Of a stretch of DNA of 64,000 nt, positions 51,878-62,765 are shown piece by piece. Numbering within the stretch: the stretch's first letter is position 1; each line of letters opens with the position of its first letter. Below the pieces are notes generated by a model, which saw nothing but the letters and a program-made list of their open reading frames with translations, was not told the origin of the DNA and ran no database searches. Source of the stretch: Candidatus Methylomirabilis sp. (lineage in GTDB: Bacteria; DYJV01); NCBI GenBank assembly GCA_020722945.1, contig DYJV01000003.1:1846-65845 (forward strand), given 5' to 3'. The translations under genes and the position numbers were made by a program.

Positions 51878-53134
51878 ATGGATAAAATAATTATTGAAGG
51901 GTGCAGCAGGCTTTTTGGTGAAGTTGAGATAAGTGGCTCCAAAAATGCCGTTCTACCTATAATATCAGCATCAATTCTCCTCGATTCACCTATAGTTATA
52001 AAGAATGTCCCTTATCTTAGAGATGTAGTTACATTTATGAAGCTTCTTGAAATACTTGGTGCTAAAATCAATTACGACAAAAAATCTTTATTCATAGACC
52101 CAACTACGATAAACAACTTTGAAGCCCCATACGATCTGGTCAAAACAATGAGGGCATCAATTTTAGTTTTAGGACCACTTGCTGCCAAATTTGGCAAAGC
52201 CAAAGTCTCTCTTCCCGGAGGTTGTGCTATTGGTGCAAGACCTGTAAATTTTCACGTTTCAGCAATGAAGAAGTTTGGTGCTAATGTTGAAATTGAAGAT
52301 GGCTACATAAATTTAAATTCAAAGAAACTTAATGGCTGTTTCTACTGCTTTGATATCCCTTCTGTTACAGGCACCGAAAATGTAATGATGGCTGGAACAC
52401 TCGCTGACGGGGATACAATCATAGAAAATGCAGCTACAGAACCAGAAGTTACAGATCTTGCCAATTTTCTTGTTGCCTCTGGAGCAAAAATTGACGGGAT
52501 AGGGACAAACAAATTAACTATCAAAGGTGTTACAAAGCTCAAGCCTAAAAAAGATTACTCCGTAATAGCTGACAGGATAGAAACTGCTACATTTATGATT
52601 GCTTCAGCTATTACAGAAGGGAACATCTTAATTAAAAACTCAAATATAAACCACCTCGATGCTGTAGTCAACAAACTTAGAGATGTTGGTGTAAAAATAA
52701 CCAAAGAATCTGATGGCATAAGGGTAGTTGGTCCAGGAGTTATAAAATCTGTCGATATTCAAACATCCCCTTACCCCGGTTTCCCAACAGATGTTCAAGC
52801 TCAACTTATGGCTCTAATGTGTTTCTCAAAAGGTTTATCAGTAATAAAAGAGACTATCTTTGAAAATAGATTTATGCACTCCAACGAATTAATGAGGATG
52901 GATGCAGATATACAAATTCAGGGCAATACAGCAATTGTCCGTGGCAAAGAATCACTCACCGGAGCCAAAGTGATGGCTTCAGATCTAAGGGCAAGTGCCT
53001 CACTTATCCTTGCAGGATTAAGAGCTAAGGGGAAAACTGAAGTTTCGAGGATATACCATCTTGATAGGGGGTATGAAAGATTCGATCTCAAATTAGAGAA
53101 GCTAAATGCAAAGATAGAGCGTTCAAAAGAGTAA
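51878..53134 (+). CDS. murA: UDP-N-acetylglucosamine 1-carboxyvinyltransferase
   Basis: SGSKNAVLP, MRASILVLG, LPGGCAIGARP, PGFPTDVQ, HLDRGYE. Confidence 0.98.
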   Translation: MDKIIIEGCSRLFGEVEISGSKNAVLPIISASILLDSPIVIKNVPYLRDVVTFMKLLEILGAKINYDKKSLFIDPTTINNFEAPYDLVKTMRASILVLGPLAAKFGKAKVSLPGGCAIGARPVNFHVSAMKKFGANVEIEDGYINLNSKKLNGCFYCFDIPSVTGTENVMMAGTLADGDTIIENAATEPEVTDLANFLVASGAKIDGIGTNKLTIKGVTKLKPKKDYSVIADRIETATFMIASAITEGNILIKNSNINHLDAVVNKLRDVGVKITKESDGIRVVGPGVIKSVDIQTSPYPGFPTDVQAQLMALMCFSKGLSVIKETIFENRFMHSNELMRMDADIQIQGNTAIVRGKESLTGAKVMASDLRASASLILAGLRAKGKTEVSRIYHLDRGYERFDLKLEKLNAKIERSKE

Positions 53135-53167
53135 CATCTATATACTTTATAACCCCAGAGGCTTTAA

Positions 53168-54364
53168 ATGCCATACAAAAAGATTGTTGAAAATTCTATC
53201 TCATTTCTCCAGCTCAACGATTATGACACTGTATTAGAAACCATCCTTACAGAAACCAAGCAATTCCTTAACGCAGATGCAGGGACAATATACATAGCTG
53301 AAGATGGTAATTTAATTTTTCAATACACACAAAATGATACATTACAGTTCAAAAGATCAGAAGTAAGTGCACTAAAATACTCCAACAAAAAGATCAAGAT
53401 AGATGATTCATCTATTGCAGGTTATTCCGCTCACTACTTACAAACATTGAATATCCCTGATGCTTACAACTTAAACCCTGCTCTACCCTTCAAATTTAAC
53501 AAAAATTTTGATAAAACATCAGGATACAAAACAATTTCTATTCTAACATCCCCAATTACAAATTCTGCCAATAAACTTTTAGGTGTTATACAAGTAATAA
53601 ATAAAAAGGATACTTATGGCAAGATTATCCCATTTTCAGAAGATGATGAGAAGATCATAATAAAATATTTTGGAATTCAATCAGGTATTGCTATTCAAAG
53701 AGCCAAACTCACATCAGAGATAATATACAGAATGGTAAGAATGGCAGAGCTGCGAGACCCAAAAGAGACAGGCAGCCATGTCAAAAGAGTAAGTAACTAC
53801 TCTGCTGTTATTTATAGAAACTTATCAGAACAAATGGGACTTAATCAAAAGGAGATTACAAAAAACATAGACATTATAAAATCTGCCTCCCTCCTTCACG
53901 ATGTAGGTAAAGTAGGTATCCCTGATGCCATTCTAAAAAAGAGTGGGAAACTATCTGAAGATGAGTATAAATATATGAAAATGCATACTGTTTTTGGAGC
54001 TAAATTGTTTGACAATACATCTGAACCATTGGATATTGCTTCTAAAGATATTGCTCTTAACCATCACGAACGATGGGATGGGAAAGGTTATCCCGGTGAT
54101 ATTGATATAACAAATGCTCAGATCAACGATATCTCCGCTAAACCCAAAAAAGGGGAGGAAATCCCTTTATTTGCAAGGATAGTAGCAGTTGCTGATGTAT
54201 TTGATGCACTCACTTCAAATAGATCATATAAAAATTCTTGGACATTTGAAGATTCTGTAAATGAAATAAATAGAAATTCAGGGACCCAATTTGATCCGCT
54301 AATTGTTAGAATTTTTAACGATTCGCTAAGTGAGATAAAAAATATTTTAGAGTATTATTTATAA
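53168..54364 (+). CDS. GAF + HD-GYP c-di-GMP phosphodiesterase
   Basis: GAF (IAGY...NIPDAY...FD...GY.T.SIL, QVINKK). HDVGK, HHERWDGKGYP, ADVFDAL. Confidence 0.92.
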   Translation: MPYKKIVENSISFLQLNDYDTVLETILTETKQFLNADAGTIYIAEDGNLIFQYTQNDTLQFKRSEVSALKYSNKKIKIDDSSIAGYSAHYLQTLNIPDAYNLNPALPFKFNKNFDKTSGYKTISILTSPITNSANKLLGVIQVINKKDTYGKIIPFSEDDEKIIIKYFGIQSGIAIQRAKLTSEIIYRMVRMAELRDPKETGSHVKRVSNYSAVIYRNLSEQMGLNQKEITKNIDIIKSASLLHDVGKVGIPDAILKKSGKLSEDEYKYMKMHTVFGAKLFDNTSEPLDIASKDIALNHHERWDGKGYPGDIDITNAQINDISAKPKKGEEIPLFARIVAVADVFDALTSNRSYKNSWTFEDSVNEINRNSGTQFDPLIVRIFNDSLSEIKNILEYYL

Positions 54365-55056
54365 TGAAAAGTAGTCTAAATATATTAAATTTTTTAAAAA
54401 AAGTAATCTTATTCTCAAACTTTTCAGATGATGAGGCACTTCTTATATCAAATATCCTAAAAATTATAAAGGTATCAAAAAAAGAGATAATTTTTGAAGA
54501 TGGTGGAGAAGCATCTGGTTTCTATATTGTTTATAATGGGAAAATCAAAATATTCAAAACATCTTACGAAGGAAAGGAGCATATTTTACATATTTTTGGT
54601 CCTTCCCAGATATTTGGAGAGGTTCCTGTATTTTCAAACAAAAATTTTCCCGCATCTGCACTTGCTATTGAAGATTCAGAGCTTTTATTTATACCAAAAG
54701 ATGATTTTATAAATCTGATTAACAAATATCCAAAGTTAGCATTAAATATGTTGTCAGTCTTATCTCTAAGGTTACACACTTTTACTAATGTAATTGAAGA
54801 GCTTTCATTAAAGGATGTCCCTGCAAGGCTCGCCTCTTACCTCTTACTCGTAAAAGATAGCAGTAAATCTCAAACTTTCGAGCTTGACATCACCAAAAAT
54901 CAACTTGCATCTTTACTTGGGACTATTCCTGAAACATTATCAAGAGTATTAAACAAATTTCTGCAAAGTGGCATTATTGAATATAATGGAAAGAGTATAA
55001 TTCTAAAAGATATTGAAACAATTGATAATATATCAAAAGGTTTTGAAAAGATATGA
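54364..55056 (+). CDS. Crp/Fnr family transcriptional regulator (no Fe-S cysteines; HcpR/Dnr-like)
   Basis: cNMP-binding fold FGEVP; HTH LASLLGTIPETLSR. Confidence 0.9.
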   Translation: MKSSLNILNFLKKVILFSNFSDDEALLISNILKIIKVSKKEIIFEDGGEASGFYIVYNGKIKIFKTSYEGKEHILHIFGPSQIFGEVPVFSNKNFPASALAIEDSELLFIPKDDFINLINKYPKLALNMLSVLSLRLHTFTNVIEELSLKDVPARLASYLLLVKDSSKSQTFELDITKNQLASLLGTIPETLSRVLNKFLQSGIIEYNGKSIILKDIETIDNISKGFEKI

Positions 55057-55108
55057 TGAAAGGTAATTAACAACAATATTTTTTTCAATACAAGGAGAAT
55101 TATAATTT

Positions 55109-56095
55109 ATGAGTAATATATTAGTTGAGGTTACAAGAGGTGAATTTCCTGAAAATATTCACAGAGGGCATATATGTGTAGTCAACCATGACAATTATGT
55201 AACAAAATCTATAGGAGATATCAATTTTCTTACATTTTTACGCTCGTGTGCCAAACCTATCCAAGCAATCCCTGTAATTACTTCTGGAGCTATGGAAAAG
55301 TTCAGAATAACTGAAAAGGAGATTACTATATTTTCAGGGTCTCTAAATGGTCAATGTTTCCAAATTGAGATTCTAAAAGCAATACTGAATAAACTCGGAT
55401 TAGATGAAAATGCACTCCAATGTGGAATTCATCCACCTTCACATATCGAAACAAGGAAAAATACACCTAAATTTTCAGTTTTACACAACAACTGTGCAGG
55501 CAAACATATTGCTATGCTGACATTGTGCCAATTTTACAATTTTCCTATAGAAAATTACTACAAAATTGAACATCCTGTTCAACAGATAATACTTGATGAA
55601 ATTTCATATTTTACAGAAGTTCCAAAAAATGAGATTAAAATTGGGATTGATGGATGCGGAGTCCCAGTCTTTGCAGTTCCTATCTTTAATTTTGCTTCTG
55701 CTTACCAAAAATTATCTGATCCAGAAAAGATATCTGACACAAAAAAGTCATCTGCAGTGAAACTTTTAATAAAAAATAGTATCAAATACCCTGAATTAAT
55801 TGCTGGTGATGAGCGAATATGCACTGAACTTATGAGAGTTAAAAGCAACCTTTTCGCTAAAGTTGGAGCAGATGGGAGTTATGGTATTGCAATCCCAAAG
55901 GAGAAAATTGGGATTGCAATAAAAATAGAAAGTGGTAATATGACTGTTCTTCATTTAGTAGTCTTGGAAACCTTAAAACAACTTAAAATTCTTAACGATA
56001 ATGACATCGACAAATTAAAAATTTTCTACGACATAAAAGTAACAAACCACAGAAAAGAGATAGTTGGGATGTTTAAACCTATATTCAAACTTTAA
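55109..56095 (+). CDS. L-asparaginase II (Rhizobium-type)
   Basis: RSCAKPIQA, HNNCAGKH, DGCGVP, AKVGADG. Confidence 0.88.
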   Translation: MSNILVEVTRGEFPENIHRGHICVVNHDNYVTKSIGDINFLTFLRSCAKPIQAIPVITSGAMEKFRITEKEITIFSGSLNGQCFQIEILKAILNKLGLDENALQCGIHPPSHIETRKNTPKFSVLHNNCAGKHIAMLTLCQFYNFPIENYYKIEHPVQQIILDEISYFTEVPKNEIKIGIDGCGVPVFAVPIFNFASAYQKLSDPEKISDTKKSSAVKLLIKNSIKYPELIAGDERICTELMRVKSNLFAKVGADGSYGIAIPKEKIGIAIKIESGNMTVLHLVVLETLKQLKILNDNDIDKLKIFYDIKVTNHRKEIVGMFKPIFKL

Positions 56096-56115
56096 AAAGG
56101 ATTAAATATTTTTGT

Positions 56116-58632
56116 TTATGTATGGAGAAGATCTGTCTCATACAAAAACTCTTGAAGTCTCATCTCAATATCATCAGGATTGGCATTTATTCTTGCAACA
56201 CCCATCTCTATAGCTTTTTTGGCAACTGCTGAGGCAACTTTTATAGGAACTTTAAGGTCTAAACCATTTGGGATAATGTGATTCGGAGATAATCTACAAA
56301 GTGCAAGTTTTGAAATTGCCTCTGCAGCCTCTATTTTCATCTCATCATTAATCTCCTTTGCTCTTACATCAAGAGCACCTCTGAATATTCCTGGAAAAGC
56401 AAGACAGTTGTTTACCTGATTCGGAAAATCTGAACGACCAGTAGCTATAATCTTCGCACCACCAGCTTTTGCTTCCTCTGGCATTATCTCAGGGGCAGGA
56501 TTGGCAAGAGCAAAAACAATAGCATCCTTATTCATACTCTTAACATGATCTTTTGTAAGAAGATTTGCTTTTGAAAGACCTATAAAAACATCAGCACCCT
56601 TAATAACATCATAGATAGTGCCCTTCTCCTTATTAAGATTTGTCACTTTAGCCATTTCATCTTTATAAGGATTCATACCTTCAGCCCTACCTTCATAGAT
56701 AGCTCCATTTGTGTCACACATAATAAGATTCTTGCACCCTGCTTTAAGTATTAATTTTGAGACAGCAGTTGCCCCAGCTCCTGCTCCATTTACAACCACT
56801 CTAACAGCATCAATTTGCTTATTTACTATTTTAAGAGCATTTTTAAGACCAGCCAAAACTACAATAGCTGTCCCATGCTGATCATCATGAAAAACAGGGA
56901 TATCAAGTAGTTTTTTTAGCTCTGATTCAACATGAAAACATCTCGGAGCAGATATATCTTCAAGGTTAATACCACCAAAATTAACAGATATAGCTTCAAC
57001 TGTCTGAATTATCTCTCTTGGATTTTGAGTTTTTATACATATAGGAAAAGCTTCAACTCCACCAAAGGTTTTAAATAGGAGTGCTTTACCCTCCATAACC
57101 GGCATACCTGCCTCAGCTCCTATATTTCCAAGTCCAAGAACTGCAGAACCATCTGAAATAACAGCAACAAGATTACTCTTACAAGTATATTCATAAACTT
57201 TTTCAATATCTTTTGATATTAGTTTGCATGTTTCTGAAGCAGTTTTAGAGGAGTAGAGAAGATTAAATATATATTTATCTCTTATTGGAAGTTTATTTTT
57301 TATCTCTATAACACCAGTATGTCTTCTGTGCAAAATAACTGATTCTCTATTTACATCAACTTTTTCATCAAATCTAAATCTTAGCTTCTCTTTACTCTCA
57401 AAGTTCTCTCCCTCATATAAAAGATTAAACAATCTTTTGGTAACAAGCTCAGGGTCTATATCTATCCTATTGATTTTACACTCTATGGCTTTCTTTGCTA
57501 CAACACCTGCAATAACAGGTGAAACACGAAAATCAAAAAGATCAGGAAGGATATTGATGTCATTTAGGTTGTCACCTACAAGAGCTGCCAAAGCCTCTGC
57601 TGCTGCAATTTTTATATCATAATTAATCTCAATTGCTCCAACATCAAGGATACCTCTCATAAAACCAGGTATTATAAGGGCTGATGTAAAGTGATTGGGG
57701 TAATCAACCCTACTTGTAGCAACTATCTTAGCACCTGCATCCTTTGCATCACGATAATTTATTTCAGGCTCAGGACTTGAAAGAGCAAATACAATAGGAT
57801 CTTTTTTCATCAATTTAATCATATCGTATTGGACAACTTTACCAATAGAAACACCTATAAAAACATCAGCATTCTTAAGAGCATCTTTTAACTCACCCTT
57901 TTCTTGAGAAATATTTATACTTTTTGATATTTCACTTTTAACCCAGTTCATATTGTAAGGTCTATCTCTGTAAATTATACCCTTATTATCACATAGAAGA
58001 ATATTTTTTATTCCGTAGTATAGAAGCAACTTTGTGATACCTATCCCAGCAGCACCTGCTCCATTTATTACAACTTTTATTTTATCTTTCTTTTTACCTA
58101 TTATTTTTAGAGCGTTGATTAAGGCAGCAAGAACAACCATAGCATTAGCATCTTGGTCTCCATGAATAACAGGGACAGATAGACATTTTCTCAACATATC
58201 TTCAATTACAAAACAGTTAGGCGATCTTATATCTTCAAGGTAAAACCCTCCAAATGTAGGCTCAAGGTTCCTTATGCTGTCAATAATACTATTTTCATCT
58301 TTACCTTTAATAGCAAGGGGTAGTGCATCGATATTTGCAAATGTCTTAAAAAAAACAGAGTAACCCTCAAGCATAGGTATAGCACCGGATGGAGTAACAT
58401 TACCTATCCCAAACACAGATGTCCCATCTGAAATTATTCCGATAGTATTGCCCCTGCATGTAAGTTTGAATGACTCAACACTATTTTTTTCAATCTCTCT
58501 ACAGCACTCAGCAACTCCTGGTGTATATACCAAACTCAAAATAGAGCTATCTCTCAATTCTACTTTACTATTTATACCTATAAGACCTCTAAATTTTTTT
58601 CTCAATTCAAGAGATGTTTTTTCCATTTTCAT
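56116..58632 (-). CDS. NAD(P)-dependent malic enzyme, tandem two-domain fusion
   Basis: Two ~410-aa malic enzyme units. C-unit has MEGKALLFK, NLEDI, HDDQHGT, GAGAG, PNQVNN. N-unit has YTPGV and GAGAAG but degenerate core motifs. Confidence 0.92.
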   Translation of the reverse strand: MKMEKTSLELRKKFRGLIGINSKVELRDSSILSLVYTPGVAECCREIEKNSVESFKLTCRGNTIGIISDGTSVFGIGNVTPSGAIPMLEGYSVFFKTFANIDALPLAIKGKDENSIIDSIRNLEPTFGGFYLEDIRSPNCFVIEDMLRKCLSVPVIHGDQDANAMVVLAALINALKIIGKKKDKIKVVINGAGAAGIGITKLLLYYGIKNILLCDNKGIIYRDRPYNMNWVKSEISKSINISQEKGELKDALKNADVFIGVSIGKVVQYDMIKLMKKDPIVFALSSPEPEINYRDAKDAGAKIVATSRVDYPNHFTSALIIPGFMRGILDVGAIEINYDIKIAAAEALAALVGDNLNDINILPDLFDFRVSPVIAGVVAKKAIECKINRIDIDPELVTKRLFNLLYEGENFESKEKLRFRFDEKVDVNRESVILHRRHTGVIEIKNKLPIRDKYIFNLLYSSKTASETCKLISKDIEKVYEYTCKSNLVAVISDGSAVLGLGNIGAEAGMPVMEGKALLFKTFGGVEAFPICIKTQNPREIIQTVEAISVNFGGINLEDISAPRCFHVESELKKLLDIPVFHDDQHGTAIVVLAGLKNALKIVNKQIDAVRVVVNGAGAGATAVSKLILKAGCKNLIMCDTNGAIYEGRAEGMNPYKDEMAKVTNLNKEKGTIYDVIKGADVFIGLSKANLLTKDHVKSMNKDAIVFALANPAPEIMPEEAKAGGAKIIATGRSDFPNQVNNCLAFPGIFRGALDVRAKEINDEMKIEAAEAISKLALCRLSPNHIIPNGLDLKVPIKVASAVAKKAIEMGVARINANPDDIEMRLQEFLYETDLLHT

Positions 58633-59129
58633 TGTTTATCATCCTTTTAATGCGTTTTTAAAAAATCAAGTGAGAAAATTACATTTTATCAATTAACTAA
58701 AGCAAATTAAATATTTGAAAGATTATTCATATTAAAACCATAAACATTCATAAAAAATATGAAAGCAACAAGCATACCACAACAACAAGAAGAGAATAAA
58801 TTTAAAACTACCTGTAATTATTAAAAACATTAACTAAATGCAAAAAATATAAAATCTTTTATAGTGAGAGATTACAACAGTAGTATAATTTTTTCATCAA
58901 AAGATATTTTTGAATTAACTGTTTCAAGTATTGAAACAAAATAGAAATACCAAATTATAATTCTCAACCAGATCAAAATATCATTTTATAAAAAATTTTT
59001 TATTACTCTACATTAAGAGCAGGTGGATTAAACATCGATTAAATTATTAAGAATAAGGGAAATAGAGTTAAATTATTTAAAATTTTAAAAATATTGGGAA
59101 ATTTTGCTATAATAATAGCCAAACACATC

Positions 59130-59158
59130 TTGACATTCAAAAATTTTTAATATATCTA
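59130..59158 (+). promoter_or_regulatory. Candidate promoter for yebC-ruvCAB
   Basis: Perfect TTGACA at 59130 with a weak -10 (TATATC/TATCTA) 15-17 bp downstream. Confidence 0.4.
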
Positions 59159-59272
59159 TTTCTCTCTTTTATTTTATTAATGAGCAGTTTATTATCTATC
59201 TGCTTAAACAAACTACTCCAAACATAAAAATTATATTACTTTTTTTCTTTATATAAATATATAGGAGGTTCT

Positions 59273-60028
59273 ATGTCAGGTCACAGTAAATGGAGCACAA
59301 TAAAGCGTAAAAAAGCAGATATTGACTCTAAACGAGGTAAGCTATTCACCAAAATAATCAAAGAGATTACAGTTGCAGCAAAAACAGGTGGAGGCGTTCC
59401 AGAGTCAAATCCCCAGTTAAGAACAGCTATTTTGGCAGCAAAAGAGGTAAATATGCCAAAAGACAATATAGAAAAAGCAATTAAAAGAGGGACAGGCGAG
59501 CTTGAGGGTGTTTCTTATGAGGAGATTATCTATGAGGGTTACGGACCGGGCGGAGCTGCTGTTCTTGTTCATTCACTTACAGACAATAGAAATAGAGCAG
59601 CATCAGATATAAGAAATATCTTTACGAAATGCAATGGAGCATTGGGTGAAGCAGGCTGCGTAGGTTGGCTCTTCCAGCGTAAAGGGTTTATCACTGTTCC
59701 TGCAAACGGGGTAGAGGAGAGTAAACTTTTTGATTTAGTTATAGAAGCAGGGGCTGAAGATATGAAACTTGATGATGATTCTGCTTATTTTGAGATTTTA
59801 TCTTCACCATCTGACTTTGAAAATGTAAAGCAAATACTTTCAGAGAACAAAATCACATTTGATAGTGCAGAAGTTACAATGCTTCCACAAAACACAATAA
59901 AACTTACAGGGAAAGATGCTGAAAATATGCTCAAACTAATGGATACTCTTGAAGATTGCGATGATGTCCAGAAAGTTTACTCTAATTTTGATATTGATGA
60001 CACTTTTTTAGAGCAGTTTTCAAAATAG
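59273..60028 (+). CDS. yebC: YebC/PmpR family protein
   Basis: [34 protein letters not shown]. Confidence 0.96.
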   Translation: MSGHSKWSTIKRKKADIDSKRGKLFTKIIKEITVAAKTGGGVPESNPQLRTAILAAKEVNMPKDNIEKAIKRGTGELEGVSYEEIIYEGYGPGGAAVLVHSLTDNRNRAASDIRNIFTKCNGALGEAGCVGWLFQRKGFITVPANGVEESKLFDLVIEAGAEDMKLDDDSAYFEILSSPSDFENVKQILSENKITFDSAEVTMLPQNTIKLTGKDAENMLKLMDTLEDCDDVQKVYSNFDIDDTFLEQFSK

Positions 60029-60519
60029 TGGTTGTAATAGGGATCGACCCCGGCTCAAAGATAACAGGCTTTGGAATAATAAGAAAATCGGGGCAAGATA
60101 TTGACTATCTTTCAAGCGGCACTATTAATTTAGAAAATATCAGCGATACACAACTGAAACTAAAAAAAATTTATAATGAATTCTCATCTCTGATAAAGAT
60201 ACATCATCCAGAATCAGTGGCTGTTGAGGATATTTTTTATGCCACCAATGTTAAATCAACCATCAAGCTTGGGTATGTAAAAGGGGTCATACTTCTTGCT
60301 GCAATAGACAACAATCTACAAACTTTTGAATACTCCCCCACAAATATCAAGTCTGCTGTTACTGGTAATGGAAGAGCAGACAAAGAATCTGTTAAAAATA
60401 TGCTCAGATATCTCGTAAAAGGATTGCCTGATACATTTCATTATACTGATGAAAGTGATGCAATAGCAATAGCATACTGTCATATTAATACTATATCTTT
60501 TAATAGAAGAGTCCAATGA
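60028..60519 (+). CDS. ruvC: Holliday junction resolvase
   Basis: IGIDPGS, VTGNGRADK, DESDAIAIA. Confidence 0.96.
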   Translation: MVVIGIDPGSKITGFGIIRKSGQDIDYLSSGTINLENISDTQLKLKKIYNEFSSLIKIHHPESVAVEDIFYATNVKSTIKLGYVKGVILLAAIDNNLQTFEYSPTNIKSAVTGNGRADKESVKNMLRYLVKGLPDTFHYTDESDAIAIAYCHINTISFNRRVQ

Positions 60520-61115
60520 TTGCTTTTTTAAAAGGTGAGATCTTACAAAAAAATCTCGATTCTCTTATTCTCAATGTCAATAATGTCGGTTACGAACTAT
60601 TTTCTCCCCTCTCTACCCTCTCAGTGCTCGAAAATAGCAGTAAAAGTGAAGTCCAACTTTATGTAAAAACAGTTGTTCGTGAAGATTCAATTACTTTATA
60701 CGGTTTCCTTACAGAGGAGGAGAAAAATCTTTTCAATATGCTGCTCTCTGTCTCCAAAGTAGGACCCAAACTTGCACTCTCAATCTTGTCAGGATTGGCA
60801 CCCAAAAAAATAATTAGAGCAATAAAAGAGAGAGATATCAAATTATTATCATCTATTCCGGGTCTTGGAAGTAAAATAGCCGAGAGAGTATGTTTTGATC
60901 TAAAAGACAAACTTCAAGGTGTCGATATATCACCTGATGACCGTCAACCATCTTCCACGGAGGGTAAAGAGCAGGATCTGATCTCTGCACTTCTGAATCT
61001 TGGCTACAAACTATCAGAGATAAAACTTTTAGTCTCAAAAATAGTGAAAAGTCATCCTGAAAAGAGCATTGAAAATTTACTTAAAGAGATCCTCAACGAG
61101 CTTTACAATGTATAA
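60516..61115 (+). CDS. ruvA: Holliday junction branch migration protein
   Basis: [34 protein letters not shown]. Confidence 0.96.
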   Translation: MIAFLKGEILQKNLDSLILNVNNVGYELFSPLSTLSVLENSSKSEVQLYVKTVVREDSITLYGFLTEEEKNLFNMLLSVSKVGPKLALSILSGLAPKKIIRAIKERDIKLLSSIPGLGSKIAERVCFDLKDKLQGVDISPDDRQPSSTEGKEQDLISALLNLGYKLSEIKLLVSKIVKSHPEKSIENLLKEILNELYNV

Positions 61116-62103
61116 AAAAGATTTAGTCCTCAAAGATGAATTTGACGACAAATTAAGACCTCAAAAGATAGACAATTTTATTGGACAGGAGAAACTGAAA
61201 AAAAATCTGAAAACTTTTATACAAGCAGCAATAAAAAGAAATGAAGCTCTTGACCATCTTTTATTCTATGGTCCTCCAGGTCTTGGGAAAACTACACTTG
61301 CAAATATAATCGCATCAGAGCTTAATGTAAATATCCATACAACATCAGGTCCCATATTGGAACGTGGTGGAGATTTGGCGGCAATACTTACAAATCTTGG
61401 AAATCATGATGTTCTATTTATTGACGAGATACATAGAATGAATAGAGTAGTAGAGGAGATACTCTACCCTGCTATGGAAGATTTTAAAATAGATCTGATA
61501 ATAGGTAGCGGACCAAGTGCAAAAAGTGTCAAACTTAATTTAAACAGCTTTACTCTCATAGGGGCAACTACACGGGCAGGGCTTCTTACATCACCTCTTA
61601 GAGATAGATTTGGATATATAGGTAGACTCGAATATTACGATCTTGAAGACCTTGAAGGGATAATAAAAAGATCAGCCAAAATTCTGAAAATAGAGATTAA
61701 AACTGACGGTGCAGTTGAAATAGCAAGAAGATCAAGGGGCACTCCAAGAATAGCCAACAAACTATTACGAAGAGTTAGAGATTTTGCAGAGATACATGGC
61801 GAGGGGATCATTGACCAAAAAATAGCTGATTTTGCTCTCAAACATCTCGATATTGACCAAAAAGGTCTCGACTCTATGGATAGAAAATTTATCCTATCAA
61901 TAATCGAGAAATTCAATAATGGTCCAGTAGGTATCGATACCATCTCTACTTACCTTGATGAGGAGAAAGACACAATAGAGGATGTTTATGAGCCTTACCT
62001 CATTCAGATAGGATTTTTAAAAAGAACATCGAGAGGCAGGGTAGTCACAAATCATGCTCTTGAATATTTCGGCAAAAATGTAAAACAGGGGATATTTGAG
62101 TAA
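61108..62103 (+). CDS. ruvB: Holliday junction branch migration ATPase
   Basis: [35 protein letters not shown] 61108 overlaps the end of ruvA. Confidence 0.97.
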   Translation: MYKKDLVLKDEFDDKLRPQKIDNFIGQEKLKKNLKTFIQAAIKRNEALDHLLFYGPPGLGKTTLANIIASELNVNIHTTSGPILERGGDLAAILTNLGNHDVLFIDEIHRMNRVVEEILYPAMEDFKIDLIIGSGPSAKSVKLNLNSFTLIGATTRAGLLTSPLRDRFGYIGRLEYYDLEDLEGIIKRSAKILKIEIKTDGAVEIARRSRGTPRIANKLLRRVRDFAEIHGEGIIDQKIADFALKHLDIDQKGLDSMDRKFILSIIEKFNNGPVGIDTISTYLDEEKDTIEDVYEPYLIQIGFLKRTSRGRVVTNHALEYFGKNVKQGIFE

Positions 62104-62108
62104 TAGTT

Positions 62109-62765
62109 ATGAAATACTTTATTACAGGCACAGATACAGGTGTTGGAAAAACTTTTGTTACAATTCTTCTTGCTAAACACTTTACAAGTCAAGGTTTAAA
62201 AACAGGAGTTATCAAACCCATAGAAACAGGCATTGGAAATAACCCCTCCCCAGATTTCAAACTCATAGCAAAAGCTATAGATGACAAGATAAAAAGTATT
62301 TACAATTTTAAAGAACCTCTTGCACCATACATTGCTTCATCACTTGAAAATATAGATATAGATATTTCCAAAATAGTAAAGTTTATACACAACGACATAC
62401 TTGAAAATAGTTATCAGGTATATCTTGTTGAAGGTGCAGGTGGCTTATTAGTTCCTCTTACATCTGATAAGTTGATTATTGATCTAATAAAAGCACTACA
62501 ATTTGAAGTCATACTTGTAAGTAGGAGCAATCTTGGCACAGTCAATCACACTCTCCTTTCAATCGAAGCATTAAAAACAAGGGGTATTAAAATAAAAGAG
62601 GTTATACTAAATGAAGTTGTCCCAACATCTGACTCTGAAATATCACAGAATATCAATATGATAGAGAAGTTTTCAGGGATAAAAGTAAGAAACATTATCA
62701 GGCATACTAATTTAAATATAGAGGAAATTCTAAAAAATAAAAAAAGCAGGATAATTTGGGACTAA
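62109..62765 (+). CDS. bioD: Dethiobiotin synthase
   Basis: ITGTDTGVGKT, KPIETG, VEGAGGLLVP, LGTVNHT. Confidence 0.95.
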   Translation: MKYFITGTDTGVGKTFVTILLAKHFTSQGLKTGVIKPIETGIGNNPSPDFKLIAKAIDDKIKSIYNFKEPLAPYIASSLENIDIDISKIVKFIHNDILENSYQVYLVEGAGGLLVPLTSDKLIIDLIKALQFEVILVSRSNLGTVNHTLLSIEALKTRGIKIKEVILNEVVPTSDSEISQNINMIEKFSGIKVRNIIRHTNLNIEEILKNKKSRIIWD

